Shown here in pieces: positions 48,070 through 60,139 of a stretch of DNA of 64,000 bases. The translations under genes and the position numbers were made by a program. Source of the stretch: Octopus sinensis (taxonomy: Eukaryota); contig NC_043006.1 of the NCBI RefSeq assembly GCF_006345805.1, positions 102,362,001 through 102,426,000 on the forward strand. The letters are read 5' to 3'. How positions within the stretch are numbered: the stretch's first letter is position 1; every line of letters begins with the position of its first letter. Under the pieces are notes generated by a model. It searched no databases. It was given only the letters and a program-made list of their open reading frames with translations, and was not told where the DNA came from.

Positions 48070-48640
48070 ATGCACATGATGAGGAAACCGTCCTGCGTGC
48101 ACTCGTCCAGTGTCCGTGCATTATTGTTTTGTAGAGCTTTGTCGAACAGCTGGTGTCGCCTGTAAGATGGATCCAGTTATCAGCCAAGTCCATCGCGAAG
48201 ATCGCCCCACTGCCTTCCTTTGGCCGAGAAGGAAAGACAGTTTTCTTCTGTCTGGTGGCTATGGCAAAGCAAATAGTGTGGTGGATGAGAAGGATTGAAG
48301 GCAGATACTTCCCTCTTCGGTCAAGCCCTCATCGACTTTTTCAAGTTCCACTTGAAAAGCAACGTGAAGGTAAGGAAGGGAGTTCTTCCCCCAAGTATTT
48401 TTGTTCTAAGGTGGGTGAATGTGGCGAAGATGGCCCGTGTGAAATAGGCCTACTCTGAACATTCACCTGTAGGCCGGACGGGTTAAGGGGAAGAGGGATG
48501 CCTTCTTGAGGTGTTCTTGGCGGTCGGGGTGCCCACTATGTAAGGGGTGCCTTGGTTGGCCCTGGGTGGAACTCCCCATACCCACTGAGGATTTTTGTTG
48601 TTAGAATTTTCTTGTTAATTGTTATTGTTATTCAATGTAT
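48070..48640 (+). mobile_element. L1/Tx1-like LINE ORF2 C-terminal fragment plus 3' UTR
   Basis: DEETVLRALVQCP (cf. CxxCxxxETxxHxxxxC zinc-knuckle tail), LSAKSIAKIAPLPSFGREGKTVFFCLVAMAKQIVWW. GC-richer than the flanks. Confidence 0.55.
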
Positions 48641-48984
48641 ACTCGTAGTTGTTCAACACCCAGGGTCGGATTAAGACCCATAGAGGTCTTAAGCACTTAA
48701 AAGGTTTTGGTACCTTCGAGTATATGTAAATAGTGTCAGTAATTTTTATTGACTTCACAGTGTTTACCGTTTTACCAAATCAAACTAGAAAACTGGACAA
48801 AACAGAGAAGACAGTTGAAAAGATTAAAAAGAAAGAAGAAATGTCATCCAAGCTGAGTAGGCCACCAACATTAACCACAGGTATGGTGTCAATCTAGTCA
48901 CCTGAGTATGTTACGCTAGCAGAGTGTAAGCGGCACCTTGAATACTGGTCCAGCTAGATGAAGAGGGAGTCGAAGGTAGCCTTC

Positions 48985-51030
48985 GAAATTATGTTGTCTC
49001 AAGCTCTCTGACTCCAACAGTCCCTCACCTTCTCAGGAGCAGACAAGCTCAGTTCCCTCCAGTGCTGGAGAGCTTCATCCAACTCCCTGTTGGAAATGGT
49101 CCATGTTTGACAGGAGAGGATGTTGCTCACCAGGGTGGAGGAAAGGAAGCAGGGGAGAGAGAGGGATGAACACTTACGAAGACCAAGACCTCCAAATTGC
49201 TTGGGCAATGCAGCCAGATCGCAGGACATTGGAGAGAGTTGGACATTGACTAAGTATTCGAGTTTCTCAAAGATTAGGTTGTTGAAGCATTGGAGGCACG
49301 ATGGGAATTGGTAAGGTGAGCTGACTCTGAGTAAATATAGAAGATTAGGGATCGAGAGGTAATTCCTAATTATGAAAAAAATCTTGATGGGATTCGATAG
49401 CTTCAATATTTTTCAGCAATTGCTCAAGGGCATTGACCGGAAGATAGACTCAAAGGCAAGGTCAGTGATTGGGGCACCTAGAGAGCACCAAGCCGATGGG
49501 GGAGGGACTGCAATGGAAGTGAAGGACTCTGCAAAAAGGTTGATAGTTGGTTGATGTTGAGAAGCCGGGTGGTTGAGGATCTAGAGTGCACATTTGGAGT
49601 TGTTTGCTTGGAAACCCCAGCGACCAAGCTCCCCAAACATCATGTTAGCAATTATGGTGATCCCAAATAATTTTGCACCAAAGAATAGTGAGAGTGGATA
49701 GAAGGGAGGACATTCACTGAAGAGAACTGGTTCATGAACTGAGTCAAATTCTCCAAGAGCTGAAGTCCAGCATTACCGGATGATAAGTAGATGCCTTCCT
49801 TGAGATGTTGAGGTTGAAGGCCATCAATTCCCTCACCTTAACCAGCAGGGAAGGATGATATTGCCTATCTGATGTTTTCAGAGGCAAAAACCGGTCTCAA
49901 GTATTCTGGGTGATCGGGCCAGTTTAGTTGATTATCAGTGGGTGCTTCTCTTTCAGATAAGAGACTCGAAGACACACGGAGCAAGGGAGAATAGGGTAGA
50001 GAGGAGACGGACAGCCTCTTTCATGTCGAATTTACTGAATTTAGCATTGACTGCACGCTTAAAATTTATTGGTTGCCTGTCGGTAGGCACTGTGCTCAAT
50101 GTCAAATTGAGGTGAGAAGTGGTCGGGGTGGACTCAAATAGCTGGAACTGTCACTTAAACGAGGATGTAACGGAGCCCAATTTCACATCATGCACATGGA
50201 GAGAGATACAGGGGAAACAGTTTCTCCCAATCGGATGCATTGTTAGATAAACATACATATTTCAACAAGCTGGAGAGCATGTGAACAAAGCTATTCCGAG
50301 CTTCCTTAGGGATCCGGTTAACAAGCTTCAATTTAGATAAACCCTGGAGGGCTGCAGCAAAGTCCTCAGTAGAGAGCTGGTTGTCAGAGTGTGACATGTC
50401 TCCACAGAGTGCACTGGAGCTGAAGTGGCACAGACTGCAGGTCCAGTATAGAAGACTTTTGGCTTGAGACTTGGTGATGTGGACACAACTCCTGTGGTCA
50501 TTTTGGTGGCACAGGTGACAATTAATTCTCTTTAAGTAATGGCTAGTGCAAGCCCAGAGAGCACAGTCCGGTGGCGAGCTAGCATCGACCGACAGTAGAG
50601 GGCTAGCATTGGAGCTCAATTGAGGGAGTACAGCATTGGTTCCGAAGGTGGGACTAGAACAGAGGTCGGGTGGTGTGGGGGGAGGGTTAATAGTTGTATG
50701 AGTGATGAGGTTGGCAGGGTTAATTCTGTTTCCGTCAGTGGTGCTGGAACAAAGGTCGGGTGGGGAGGGGGTGTTGAAAGTTGTAGGAGTGGTGGGGTTA
50801 GTAGGGTTAATTCCGTTTGGAACCCGTGGTGGGGAGAGGTTGGCCTCTCTTGAGCGTACCAAAGTTGGTGGAGAACGAGAGGTCAGAGGTTGATCTATTG
50901 TCACATCGTAGCTCCACCAGGCAGGTCTCTTGGTCGTTCGACGCTTGCCTCCATCACCAACAATGGATAGGTTAGAGTGGTGGCAACCCCACCAATTGGC
51001 AGTCGTCAGTGATTGGGAGATAAAGAACAA
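48985..51030 (-). mobile_element. CRE-clade-like non-LTR retrotransposon remnant with a PHD-like finger, internally deleted RT, and no 3' end
   Basis: ORF 50188-51030 has CHLC..HRSC..WTCSLC and VNRIPKEARNSF..LSSLL...N..SDWEKLF. Then FDMKEAVRLLS, SFPAG..GIDGLQPQHLK, LGAPI, FIIRNYLSIPNLLYLLR, LPKQFGGLGLR..LSLPCFLSS. Confidence 0.8.
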
Positions 51031-51602
51031 CGAATATACAAGAATGGGGGGCAGGGAAAGAAGAAAAAGAGAGAGAAAAAGACAAGAAAGGTGACAAAAC
51101 TTTACAGAGCGCTATCAGAAAAGTTAAAAGAGGCACACTCATGCGACATCCTCCAAAATGGCAGAGGGAATGGAGCAAAACAAGATAAAGAAGATAAACG
51201 GTTGAATAGTTCAGTTCAAGACCAAAAGTGCCGAAATACAAAAAAAAAAAAAAGAGTAGATCATTAGTGTTTTTGTAATTGATGTTCGTTATGGTGACTC
51301 TCACGAGAAATGGTGTAATTTCTTTTCACTACCGACAGATTTGTGTGAATATTGTTTGTACAATTGGTTGTGGACCTTTTGTGATCCCTGTGGGATTCAG
51401 TGATTTAGATTTCCCCCCCTTTCTCCTCCCCTTTTCTCTTTCTCTCCCTTTCTTTTTCTTCAGGTTTTTCTGTCCCTTTCATTTTTTCTCCCAAACTCCC
51501 CCCCTCCTCCATTCATGTCTACACGTCGTTTGTTGGCGAAAAAATGTAAACAAAAATAATTCAAAATGTAAACGATAATAAACTACAAAATAAATCTTTA
51601 TT

Positions 51603-52219
51603 TTTCAAAATGAAATGAAATTCACAGTAAGATGGAAAATAATGTCTATTTTTGTATTCTTCCACTTTATTTATATTTGAAAAGGTTTCTCAGTTTTTTG
51701 TTTTTTTTTGTTTTAATTGCAAAGTGTTCGATGATACTGTTAAAATTAATTTTATGTAAAACTTCTGCTTAGTAGAGATAAGGCATTACAAATATTATTT
51801 TAGCAAGTTTAAACTGATTTTTTTTTTGGTGCCAAAACCATTTTCATTTCTGTGGTGTCCCAATCCCTTGATGCCCTAAGCACTTACTTATTTTCCTTAA
51901 TGGGTTAATCCAGCGCTGTTATTTGTTTTGTGTATTGCCCTTGTGACCAATAAAGAAAACATTACTACTACTACTACTACTACTACTTGGCAGGTAGATT
52001 TCATTAAAGTATCTGAAAAAATGCTTTGTAGTATTTGTTCCAGCCAATTAAATTCCACCAAAGTCATATTTACCCTCTTTCACCCTTGTTTTAATTTCAC
52101 ACTTTGCAATTAAAACAAAAAAAAAAAACCAGAGAAACCTTTTCAAATATAATAAAGTGGAAGAATACGAAAATAGACATTATTTTCCATCTTACTGTGA
52201 ATTTCATTTCATTTTGAAA
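51603..52219. mobile_element. Element bounded by about 120-bp near-identical inverted repeats (MITE-like)
   Basis: 51603-51726 is the reverse complement of 52099-52219 (tttcaaaatgaaatgaaattcacagtaagatggaaaataatgtctatttt..gaaaaggtttctc..ttttaattgcaaagtgt). Confidence 0.85.
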
Positions 52220-52334
52220 CATATACCAGTCAAATAGTAGAGTCAGTTTAAATCAATTAATCCCTATCACCAAATTTCAGTCTTGGTGGTTATGGTGGAA
52301 ACAATTATTATATTGATTAAAAATCAATATAATA

Positions 52335-52770
52335 GGTGCAGACGTGGCTGTGTGGTAAGAAGCTTGCTTTTCAACCACATCAATCCAGGTTCAATCCTGG
52401 CACCTTCATCAACTGTCTTTTTTTATAACCTTAGGCCAACCAAAGCCTTGTGAGTAGATTTGGCAGACAGAAACTGAAGGAAGCCCGTGAAAGAAGTTGT
52501 GTATATCTATATATATATACTTATGTGTGTGTGTGTGCATGTGTCTTTGTATCTCTGTTTGTTCCCCACTACTTCTTGACAACTGGTGTTGGTACGTTTA
52601 TGTCCCTGTGTCCCTGAAACTTAGCAGTTCAGCTAAGAGATCTATAGAATAAGTATCAGGTTTTAAAAGCAAAGTCCTGGGGGGGTCGATTCATTTGACT
52701 AAAATTTCTCCAAGGCATTGCCCCAGCATGGTCACAGTCTAATAACTGAAACAAGTAAAAGATAAAAGAT
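52335..52770 (+). mobile_element. SINE family C, full length
   Basis: ggtgcagacgtggctgtgtggtaagaagcttg...(TA)(TG)...ccccagcatggtcacagtc..actgaaacaagtaaaagataaaagat. Confidence 0.85.
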
Positions 52771-53124
52771 TAAAATTCTTTCTAGTTTTAACACCAGGCC
52801 AGAAATTTCGAAGAGAAAGTGAGAGAAGTCGATTAAACCAACCCCAGTATGTAATTTATTGATCTTGAAAGGGTGAAAGGCAAAGTCAATCTCAGCAGCA
52901 TTTGAACTCAGAATGTAAAGCCGGAAGAAATTCTTCCTTCAAAACTTCCATGCTTCCTGAGACCCACCAACACTACACCTGATTTTCTCCCCCCCCCCCA
53001 TACACACGCAAGCATGTATCTGACTCATACACTGTTTACTTTCCAGACATTTGTATATTACTGCATATGCTTTATATGCACTTTTGACAAGTTGTGGTAC
53101 ACCTGAGCACTGAGTACAATAATT

Positions 53125-53155
<31 letters not shown>

Positions 53156-53542
53156 AAGCATTTTGTCATTCATGCTAACGAATTTGCCAGCTTGCCACCT
53201 TAATCAATATAATAATCGATAAAAGACCCCTTTCGGTCATGAATGACTATGGAATCGCACCTAGAAAGTTACCTTCCTAGGCACAAGTCTGAGCAAGGTT
53301 GTTCACTATAGTAATTGATACACCATTTATAACAGAGGTGTAAGCAATTAATTTGACACTAATATTTGATAATATTTGAAAGGTAAAGTTGGTCTCAGTA
53401 GGATAAAAATTCAGAACTTAAAGACCCAGAAAAGTACTGCAGGGTATTTTTTCTGATGCTTTAATGATATCAACCCTTCTGACAGAAACCCTGGTTCTGT
53501 GATACAAACTCCCTGTTTTAAACTGATTTAAATAAACATATA

Positions 53543-53770
53543 TTTCTTTACTACCCACAAGGGGCTAAACACAGAGGGGACAAACAAGGACAGACAAACA
53601 GATTAAGACGATTATATCGACCCCAGTGCGTAACTGGTACTTAATTTATCAACCCCAAAAGGATGAACGGCAAAGTCAACCTCGGCGGAATTTGAACCCA
53701 GAACGTAACAGCAGGTGAAATACAGCTACGCATTTCGCCTGGCATGCTAACGTTTCTGCCAGCTCACCGC
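53543..53770 (-). mobile_element. SINE family B variant (different 3' tail)
   Basis: Reverse complement of gcggtgagctggcagaaacgttagcatgcc...gttgactttgcc.ttcatccttttggggttgataaattaagtaccagtt. Flanked by aataaacata on both sides. Confidence 0.8.
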
Positions 53771-53866
53771 TTTTTAATTTGAATAAACATAATAATTGAT
53801 ACACCATTTATAACAGAGGTGTAAGTGATTAATTCAAGTGATATGTCATTTTATACAAGTGATATT

Positions 53867-54204
53867 GTGAAGGCAAATAGCTCAAGGGTTGGAATGCTGG
53901 GCTCACAATCATGAAGTACTGAGTTTGATTCCTGGACCAAGCTGTGTGTTGTGTTCTTGAGCAAGACACTCTATTTCATGTTGCTCCAGTTCACTCAGCT
54001 GTAGAAATGAGTTGCGACATCACTGATGCTGAGATGTATTGACCTTTGCCTTTCCCTTGGATAACACTGGTGGCGTGGAGAGGGTTAGGCCGGTATGCAT
54101 GGGTCTTCAATAAAACCACCTTGCCCGGACTTGTGCCTCAGAGGGGAACTGTCTCAGTGCAATCCCATCGTCATCCATGACTGAAGGGAGTCCTTGCTCT
54201 TTAT
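53867..54204 (+). mobile_element. tRNA-like SINE family D with target duplication
   Basis: Homologous to 30966-31301. aagtgatatt flanks both ends (53857-53866 and 54205-54214). Confidence 0.85.
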
Positions 54205-54335
54205 AAGTGATATTATTTTAACAATTCCAAAAATAAATTAAATATGAAACTGTCCTTAAGCAGGATTTGAACTCAAAATATCAAGTTATGTAACTAACTA
54301 AATACTATGAAGACTTTAATAATCTCCAATACTTT

Positions 54336-54723
54336 GGATGGAAGCACTCCGTCGGTTACGACGATGAGGGTTCCGGTTGATCCGAATCAACGGAACACCC
54401 TGCTCGTGAAATTAACGTGTAAGTGGCTGAGCACTCCACAGACACGTGCACCCTTAACGTAGTTCTCGGGGATATTCAGCGTGACGCAGAGAGTGACAAG
54501 GTCAGCCCTTTGAAATACAGGTACAACAGAAACAGGAAGTAAGAGTGAGAGAAAGTTGTGGTGAAAGAGTACAGCAGGGATCACCACCATCCCCTGCCGG
54601 AGCCTTGTGGAGCTTTTAGGTGTTTTCGCTCAATAAAAACTCACAACGCCCAGTCTGGGAATTGAAACCGCGTTCCTATGACCGCGAGTCCGCTGCCCTA
54701 ACCACTGGGCTATTGCGCCTCCA
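54336..54723 (-). mobile_element. tRNA-derived SINE family A, tail type 2, full length with a 12-bp TSD
   Basis: Minus-strand head ggaggcgcaatagcccagtggttagggcagcggactcgcggtcataggaacgcggtttcaattccc. TSD ctccaatacttt at 54324-54335 and 54724-54735. Confidence 0.92.
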
Positions 54724-55663
54724 CTCCAATACTTTACAACACCACTTTAAACAGTAACCAGAATAATATGCTGAATGTGTGTATTTTCACTTTTGTTTTT
54801 GCCACTTCATCAAATCACAACAGCCTCTCAGATATGTTTTCACCAATCCAGCTGCAGCATAATTCCCGTGGAGAGACAGAGTTTTGTATAATATGTTTTA
54901 GATTCTAATTCCAACGAGGATATGTTTATTTATATATTTATCTATATCTTTATCTTTGCTTCCCTATCTAAAAATCTTATGTTATTTACACACTCTTTTT
55001 TTTGTTTTGTTTTGTTTTTTTTTTACTTTGTGCTTTTGTCCTTAATGTTGTTGTTGTTGCTGTTGGGGGTGGAGGGAACCTGTTCCTTATACATGAACAG
55101 TGCTTCATGTTGCATGTAAATCACGGAAGCTAGAACATTGATGCATCTATTGCTTAAGATAGCAGTTAAATTGTATGGTTTCTATTTTCTGCTTCTGTAT
55201 TTGAAAACCGTTATTGCTATTGTTGTTGTTGTTGCTGCTGCTGCTGTTGTTGTTGTTGTTGTTATATGTTAGTGTTATTGCAGCAGCAATTTTAGAAGAT
55301 ATACTTTCCAAACAAATCAAGTGTATATGAGCACACACACACATGCACACACACATACACACACACACTCACATACATATATACCTACATAAACATACAC
55401 ATATTCTTACTCACATATACATGTATGAGTTTGTCACATTGTGCGCATGTATTTACGCATATTTACGCTATGCATGAACGTATATAAATACCTGACTATA
55501 CGTTTGTCTATTTATTTACCTGTGTATCTCAGGTGCGGCCATACCTGTGTCTTTAAGAAGCCTACTTCCCAACTATGCAGCCTTAGGTGCAATCCCACTG
55601 CATTGTGCTTGGTCAGATCTCTTCTGCTATAGCCCCAGGCCAAACAGAGCTTTAGGAGGGTAT

Positions 55664-55798
55664 GTATGCGTGGCTAGGTGATAAGAAGCTTGCTTCCCAA
55701 CCGCATGGCACCCAGGGAAAATGCCTTCTACTATAGCCTCAAGTTGATTGAAGCCTTATGAGGGGATTTGGTAGATGGAAACTGAAAGAAGCTCATCG

Positions 55799-55848
<50 letters not shown>

Positions 55849-56150
55849 CATGAATGCATGTATGCATGTATGTATGTATGTATGTATGTATGTATGTATG
55901 TATGTATATATATATATGTGTGTGTGTATGTATCTTTATGTCTGTGTTTGTCCCCTTCCTCACCGCTTGACCACCGGTGATGGTGTGTTTGTGTCTCTGT
56001 CACTTAGCAGTTTGGCAAAAGGGACCAATAGAATAAGTACTAGGCTTAAAAAAATAGGTACCGAGGTTGATTCAATCGACTAAAAATTCTTCAAGGCAGT
56101 GCCCCAGCATGGCCACAGTCCAATGACTGAAACAGGTAAAAGAAAGGATA
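55664..56150 (+). mobile_element. SINE family C with internal (TA)n(TATG)n
   Basis: Same 5' and 3' halves as the 63331 copy. A further partial head lies at ~55535-55640. Confidence 0.8.
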
Positions 56151-56374
56151 CAGGGTGTTTGGGGCTAAATTTGACATTTTGTCTACAAGGAAATGAAAAC
56201 ACAATATCCCATCCAAGAACAAAAGCATCTTAAGAAACCAGAAAATATCAGCTAGATTATGGCTGGGAGATAACAGTTTACTTAAAGAAACTACCCTCAG
56301 CTTTCACCGTGGCCTCAAGATAGCTCAGAACCTGGCATATACATACCTCACTGTACCCCTGGGAAGATCCTTAA

Positions 56375-56597
56375 CTCTTTAGCATTCTTATTATTCTGTC
56401 AAAATAAATGTTTATTTATTTGCATTGTTTTGAATTAATTCTGCATTATCTTGTAGTTTCAAGATTATGATGATGTGTTTGTATATTTTAGAATGACATT
56501 GCAGGGTAGGTGTGAGAGGCTGAATCTGGTCAGTTTGAACATAAAGCAGAGAGAATATTTTGGCAAGATATGGCTAGTTTAAATGCTAAAATGCTAA
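56375..56597. mobile_element. Diverged copy of the piggyBac-type MITE
   Basis: ttaa-ctctttagc...tttagaatgacattgcagggtagg...gtttaaatgctaa matches 33234-33667 without the nested insert. Confidence 0.7.
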
Positions 56598-57084
56598 ACA
56601 CTTTCTTGATCTCAGTCCCCAGCTTGGCCTTGACGTTGCAGGCAGAGCAGTTATTGTTTTCTTAACCATGCCCTACATTTAGAAATCCATGGGAAAATCA
56701 GAAGGCTGGTAAACAGTGGTTGGTGAAGTCTTAGAAATGATAACTACTTCTGACATTTTTCAGAGTTATGGTAAGGAGCTGATCCTGCCGCCACACATAC
56801 GACCTTCTAGCTGCAACCCTCTCCAGCCACAATCTCCAGCAGCTTCACACAATTATCTGAATTGAGCCTAAGGCCCTATTCAAAGATTTGGGGCAGCATG
56901 ACGTCACCTTCACTGGAGACACACTCAACATGGTTTTCACGATGTCCATGTTACATCTTTCAGCCTTTACAGACACTGAGCAGTTACTCATGATGTCAGC
57001 ATTTTGATACCCTACGTCTATCATTATGATACAGATAACTCTTTTCAAATATTCAGGTGGTTTTCAGTCCTCCATATACCATTC

Positions 57085-57281
57085 CTTTACTTGTTTCAGT
57101 CATTTGACTGTGGCCATGCTAGAGCACCACCATTAGTCGAACAAATCAACCCCAAGACTTATTCTGTATAAGCCCAGTACTGACGTTATCGGTCTCTTTT
57201 TCTGCACCACTAAGTTATGGGGATGTAAACATGCCAGCATCGGTTGTCAAGTGATGGTGGGGGGATAAACACAGACATGCT

Positions 57282-57290
<9 letters not shown>
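57085..57290 (-). mobile_element. SINE family C 3' half
   Basis: ttacttgtttcagtcatttgactgtggccatgctagagcaccacc...ggttgtcaagtgatggtggggg. Confidence 0.8.
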
Positions 57291-57330
<40 letters not shown>

Positions 57331-57334
57331 ATAT

Positions 57335-57551
57335 ATTATATAAAATCCATTCTGTCTGTCTGTGTGTGTCTTCTAGGACCTTGGGCATCCTCCATCTGAT
57401 TGCGCTCAAATTTGATATGTAGATACCAATGGTATCAGGGCATGTATAAGTCTTAAAAAAATTACAAAAATCGATTCCAGGTGAGAATGCGATCAATAAA
57501 GCCGTGGGAACGTGCATTTGTACGTGCAAGTACATCAGCTGTTGCCACTAG
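57335..57551 (+). mobile_element. Possible decayed Helitron-type non-autonomous element
   Basis: tatataaaa..(gtct)n start, ccatctgattgcgctcaaatttgatatg body, ends ..ccactag. The terminal hairpin is unclear. Confidence 0.35.
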
Positions 57552-58043
57552 CTTTTCCATGCCCTTGAACATCCCGTAAAGTAAGTTAGCTTAAAATTAG
57601 TTACTTAGTTCCCTATATATATATACATATATATATATATATAAATGGAAAAATCGCCCCAAGTTGATTTCCTACATGTTTTATCGGATAAACTTATTAT
57701 TGTCCCAGGTACGTTCTCATAAATTCATCATGCTTTTCCATCTAGATTTACCTCCAGCTAACCCATTTGCTTGCATCGTTTTTGTCCTGCTTTTCTTCCG
57801 TCAACCTGTACATAACTGCACTTCCATTTTTTGTTGTTTTTGTACAGCTAAAGGCAAGTTTCTTTCCTGCCAAGCTTACTGTTTCAACCATGTTTGTGTT
57901 CTCCCAGTCAACAGCTTTATCATTACTGGTACTTTTAAACTCTTCAGTTGCATATATGTGTGAATGAAATCGTTTTTCTTTGGAATAGAAAAAAAGTCTA
58001 TCTTTATTTCTTCTTTTGTTGGTGTCTCAAATTTAGGTTAAAT

Positions 58044-58103
58044 CAGTGTTTCTCAAAGGGGAGGCCTATGGGAAGGTCGGACAAATTGTTTTGAGAAAAT
58101 TTG
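58044..58103. mobile_element. 60-bp hAT-type mini element
   Basis: TIR-like cagtgtttctcaa / ttgagaaaatttg (10 of 13 match). 8-bp flanks ggttaaat / gtttaaat (7 of 8 match). Confidence 0.55.
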
Positions 58104-58147
58104 GTTTAAATGTTTGACAACTCAGCACCGTCCACGTTTTGCTCGTA

Positions 58148-58196
<49 letters not shown>

Positions 58197-58199
58197 CAG

Positions 58200-58372
58200 T
58201 AGATTCCTTTCATTATTTTCCATCTACCAAATCCACTCACAAGGCTTTTGTTGGCCCAAGGCTGTAGTAGAAGACACTTGTCCAAGGTGCCATGCAGTGG
58301 GACTGAACCCAGAAGCATGTGGTTGGGAAGCAAGCTTCTTACCACACAGCCACTCCTGCACCAGCTAACCGT
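58200..58372 (-). mobile_element. SINE family C 5' half
   Basis: Near-identical to 42775-42940. Confidence 0.85.
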
Positions 58373-59825
58373 TTCTAAACTACAACTTGAATCCTTATGC
58401 TCTCCAATGCTGTTGATTGTTCACCAATACATGAAGCTGTTCCTGAAAAAGGAGACAAAAATATCATTAAATTTAGCCCAAGCACCCTCTATATATATAT
58501 ATATTACATGTCAGTATATATGTATATGTGTATGTATGTATACATGTCCATCTATGTATCACACTTAATGTAAATACAATTCAAAAAGCAAGTTTACTGC
58601 CATATTCATTCAGAGATAATATCTCATTTTGGATGGGTTGTGTTTAAAAATACAATATTTATTGGAGGGTGACGAAAATCGTCCCACCTGTGGCCAGTGA
58701 AAGCAGTAGATGCATTTCTGCTTCATTGAATGCTGTCAATAGCATGTATTTACAGTCAGCTGCATGCTAAAACAAAATCTGTTGTTACTGATATGTAGGA
58801 AAACAAAGAATAAACATTCACTGATATTGTGAAGAGCTGCCTGGCTGAATAAAAATCTGTTATATGTGATAGAAGCAGTATTAGAGTAAAATAGCCATCT
58901 ATTAGATGATGCATGTGTGTGTGTCTTTGTGACGTGTGACGGTGGTGAATAAGAGTCACCCTCCTACAAGTTGTGTGGCTCATTTCCCGTCTTCCATGGA
59001 AACATGTCTGGTCACTGGAAACAAGTGAGGGCCAGTAACAGGAAGGGTCTGTAGCAGGAGAAAATCTACTTTTCTGACACAGATAGATAGAGAGACAGAC
59101 AGACAGATGGATAGTCATCATCATCATCATCCTCATCATTTTGCTTCCACTTTTCTTGTTCACATGGGTTAGACATATTATTATGATCCAAGTCAGTTTT
59201 TATTCAGAATTGTAGCCCTTCTAGATAGGTCAGAGAAGCACATCAGATTCATATATTCCAATTTCGGTCTGATTCTAGGACTGGATGCTTTTTCTGACAC
59301 CAGCCACTTCACAGAATGAACCAACTGCATTTTATCATGGTACCAACATGAGTGATCCCAAGCACACAAAATACAACCTTTCTCATTGCAAGTTCGTGTC
59401 AAATTATGTTGAAGTGTCAAGTATCTAACAAGTGCGAGTGCACAAGTGACAGAGTAAAGTTAGCCACTTTGTAGAATGCTTCAAGTTTGATATGGCTAAA
59501 AACTGAATGGACTTTTTGGCCAACCTGATATATCACATGCTACTGTTCAGAGCAGGAGAGTGAATACAATTAGTTTAAGATCCCAGTGAAAAGACTTGAA
59601 CTATGGTCAGATCACATGGGCTGTCTTTTGTGGAAGCAATCAAAATAATTCATAGCTACTCGGTAGTGTTCTGAGCCCATAGGAAGTTTGTTACTCTGGT
59701 CAATTTGTGAACATCATATTCTTATACACACTCTCATTCATATTTATATACATGCACACACACACACACAATCACATGCATATATGTATGTATGTATCTT
59801 TATTAAAACTGCAAAAACATCACAA

Positions 59826-60010
59826 AAAAACCTGTTACTCAGAGTTTCACGATCCCATTTGTCAGACAGTTGCAATCACAACTGTCCAATGAACGGAAAT
59901 GTAAAACACTGAGTAACAGGTTTTTGCAGCTTCAATAAAAAAGCTTATTATTTTACCTTCATATTCTAGAACTGTTTTTTCCACCTTGTTTTGCACCTGT
60001 GTGCTTACTC
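59826..60010. mobile_element. Foldback twin-hammerhead-like element, copy 1
   Basis: Hairpin 59826-59925 whose arms each read ctgt-CYRAYRA-stem II-G(A)AA-ctc.gag-TA-acag, followed by a ~90-bp tail shared with 62650-62750. Confidence 0.7.
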
Positions 60011-60139
60011 ACATATATGTGTATGTTGTGTACAAAAATACATATGTAATTATATAATATATAATATATATATATAGAAATACAAGTATATTATGTATAT
60101 ATATATAGGAGCGTAACCAGCCCACTTATGTGTACCTCT

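Noticed and set aside
48661-51918. Single hAT element (cagggtcggattaa ... ttaatccagcgctg) enclosing the CRE remnant
   Set aside because: The ends are only partly complementary, the 8-bp flanks (tcaacacc vs ttatttgt) do not match, and the right end lies inside another inverted-repeat element.
54650-54723. tRNA gene (also heads at 13129, 31230-31301, 35603, 63331)
   Set aside because: A/B boxes are present, but the sequences continue into SINE bodies, with TSDs in some cases, and I could not fold a full cloverleaf.
56620-57050. GC-richer stretch with a 67-aa minus-strand ORF
   Set aside because: No motif recognised in six frames; possibly an old retroelement fragment but unsupported.
57660-58480. 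About 90-codon stop-free minus frame (THAP-like words) and a strong acceptor near 58447
   Set aside because: No complete domain signature and no consistent exon with both splice sites.
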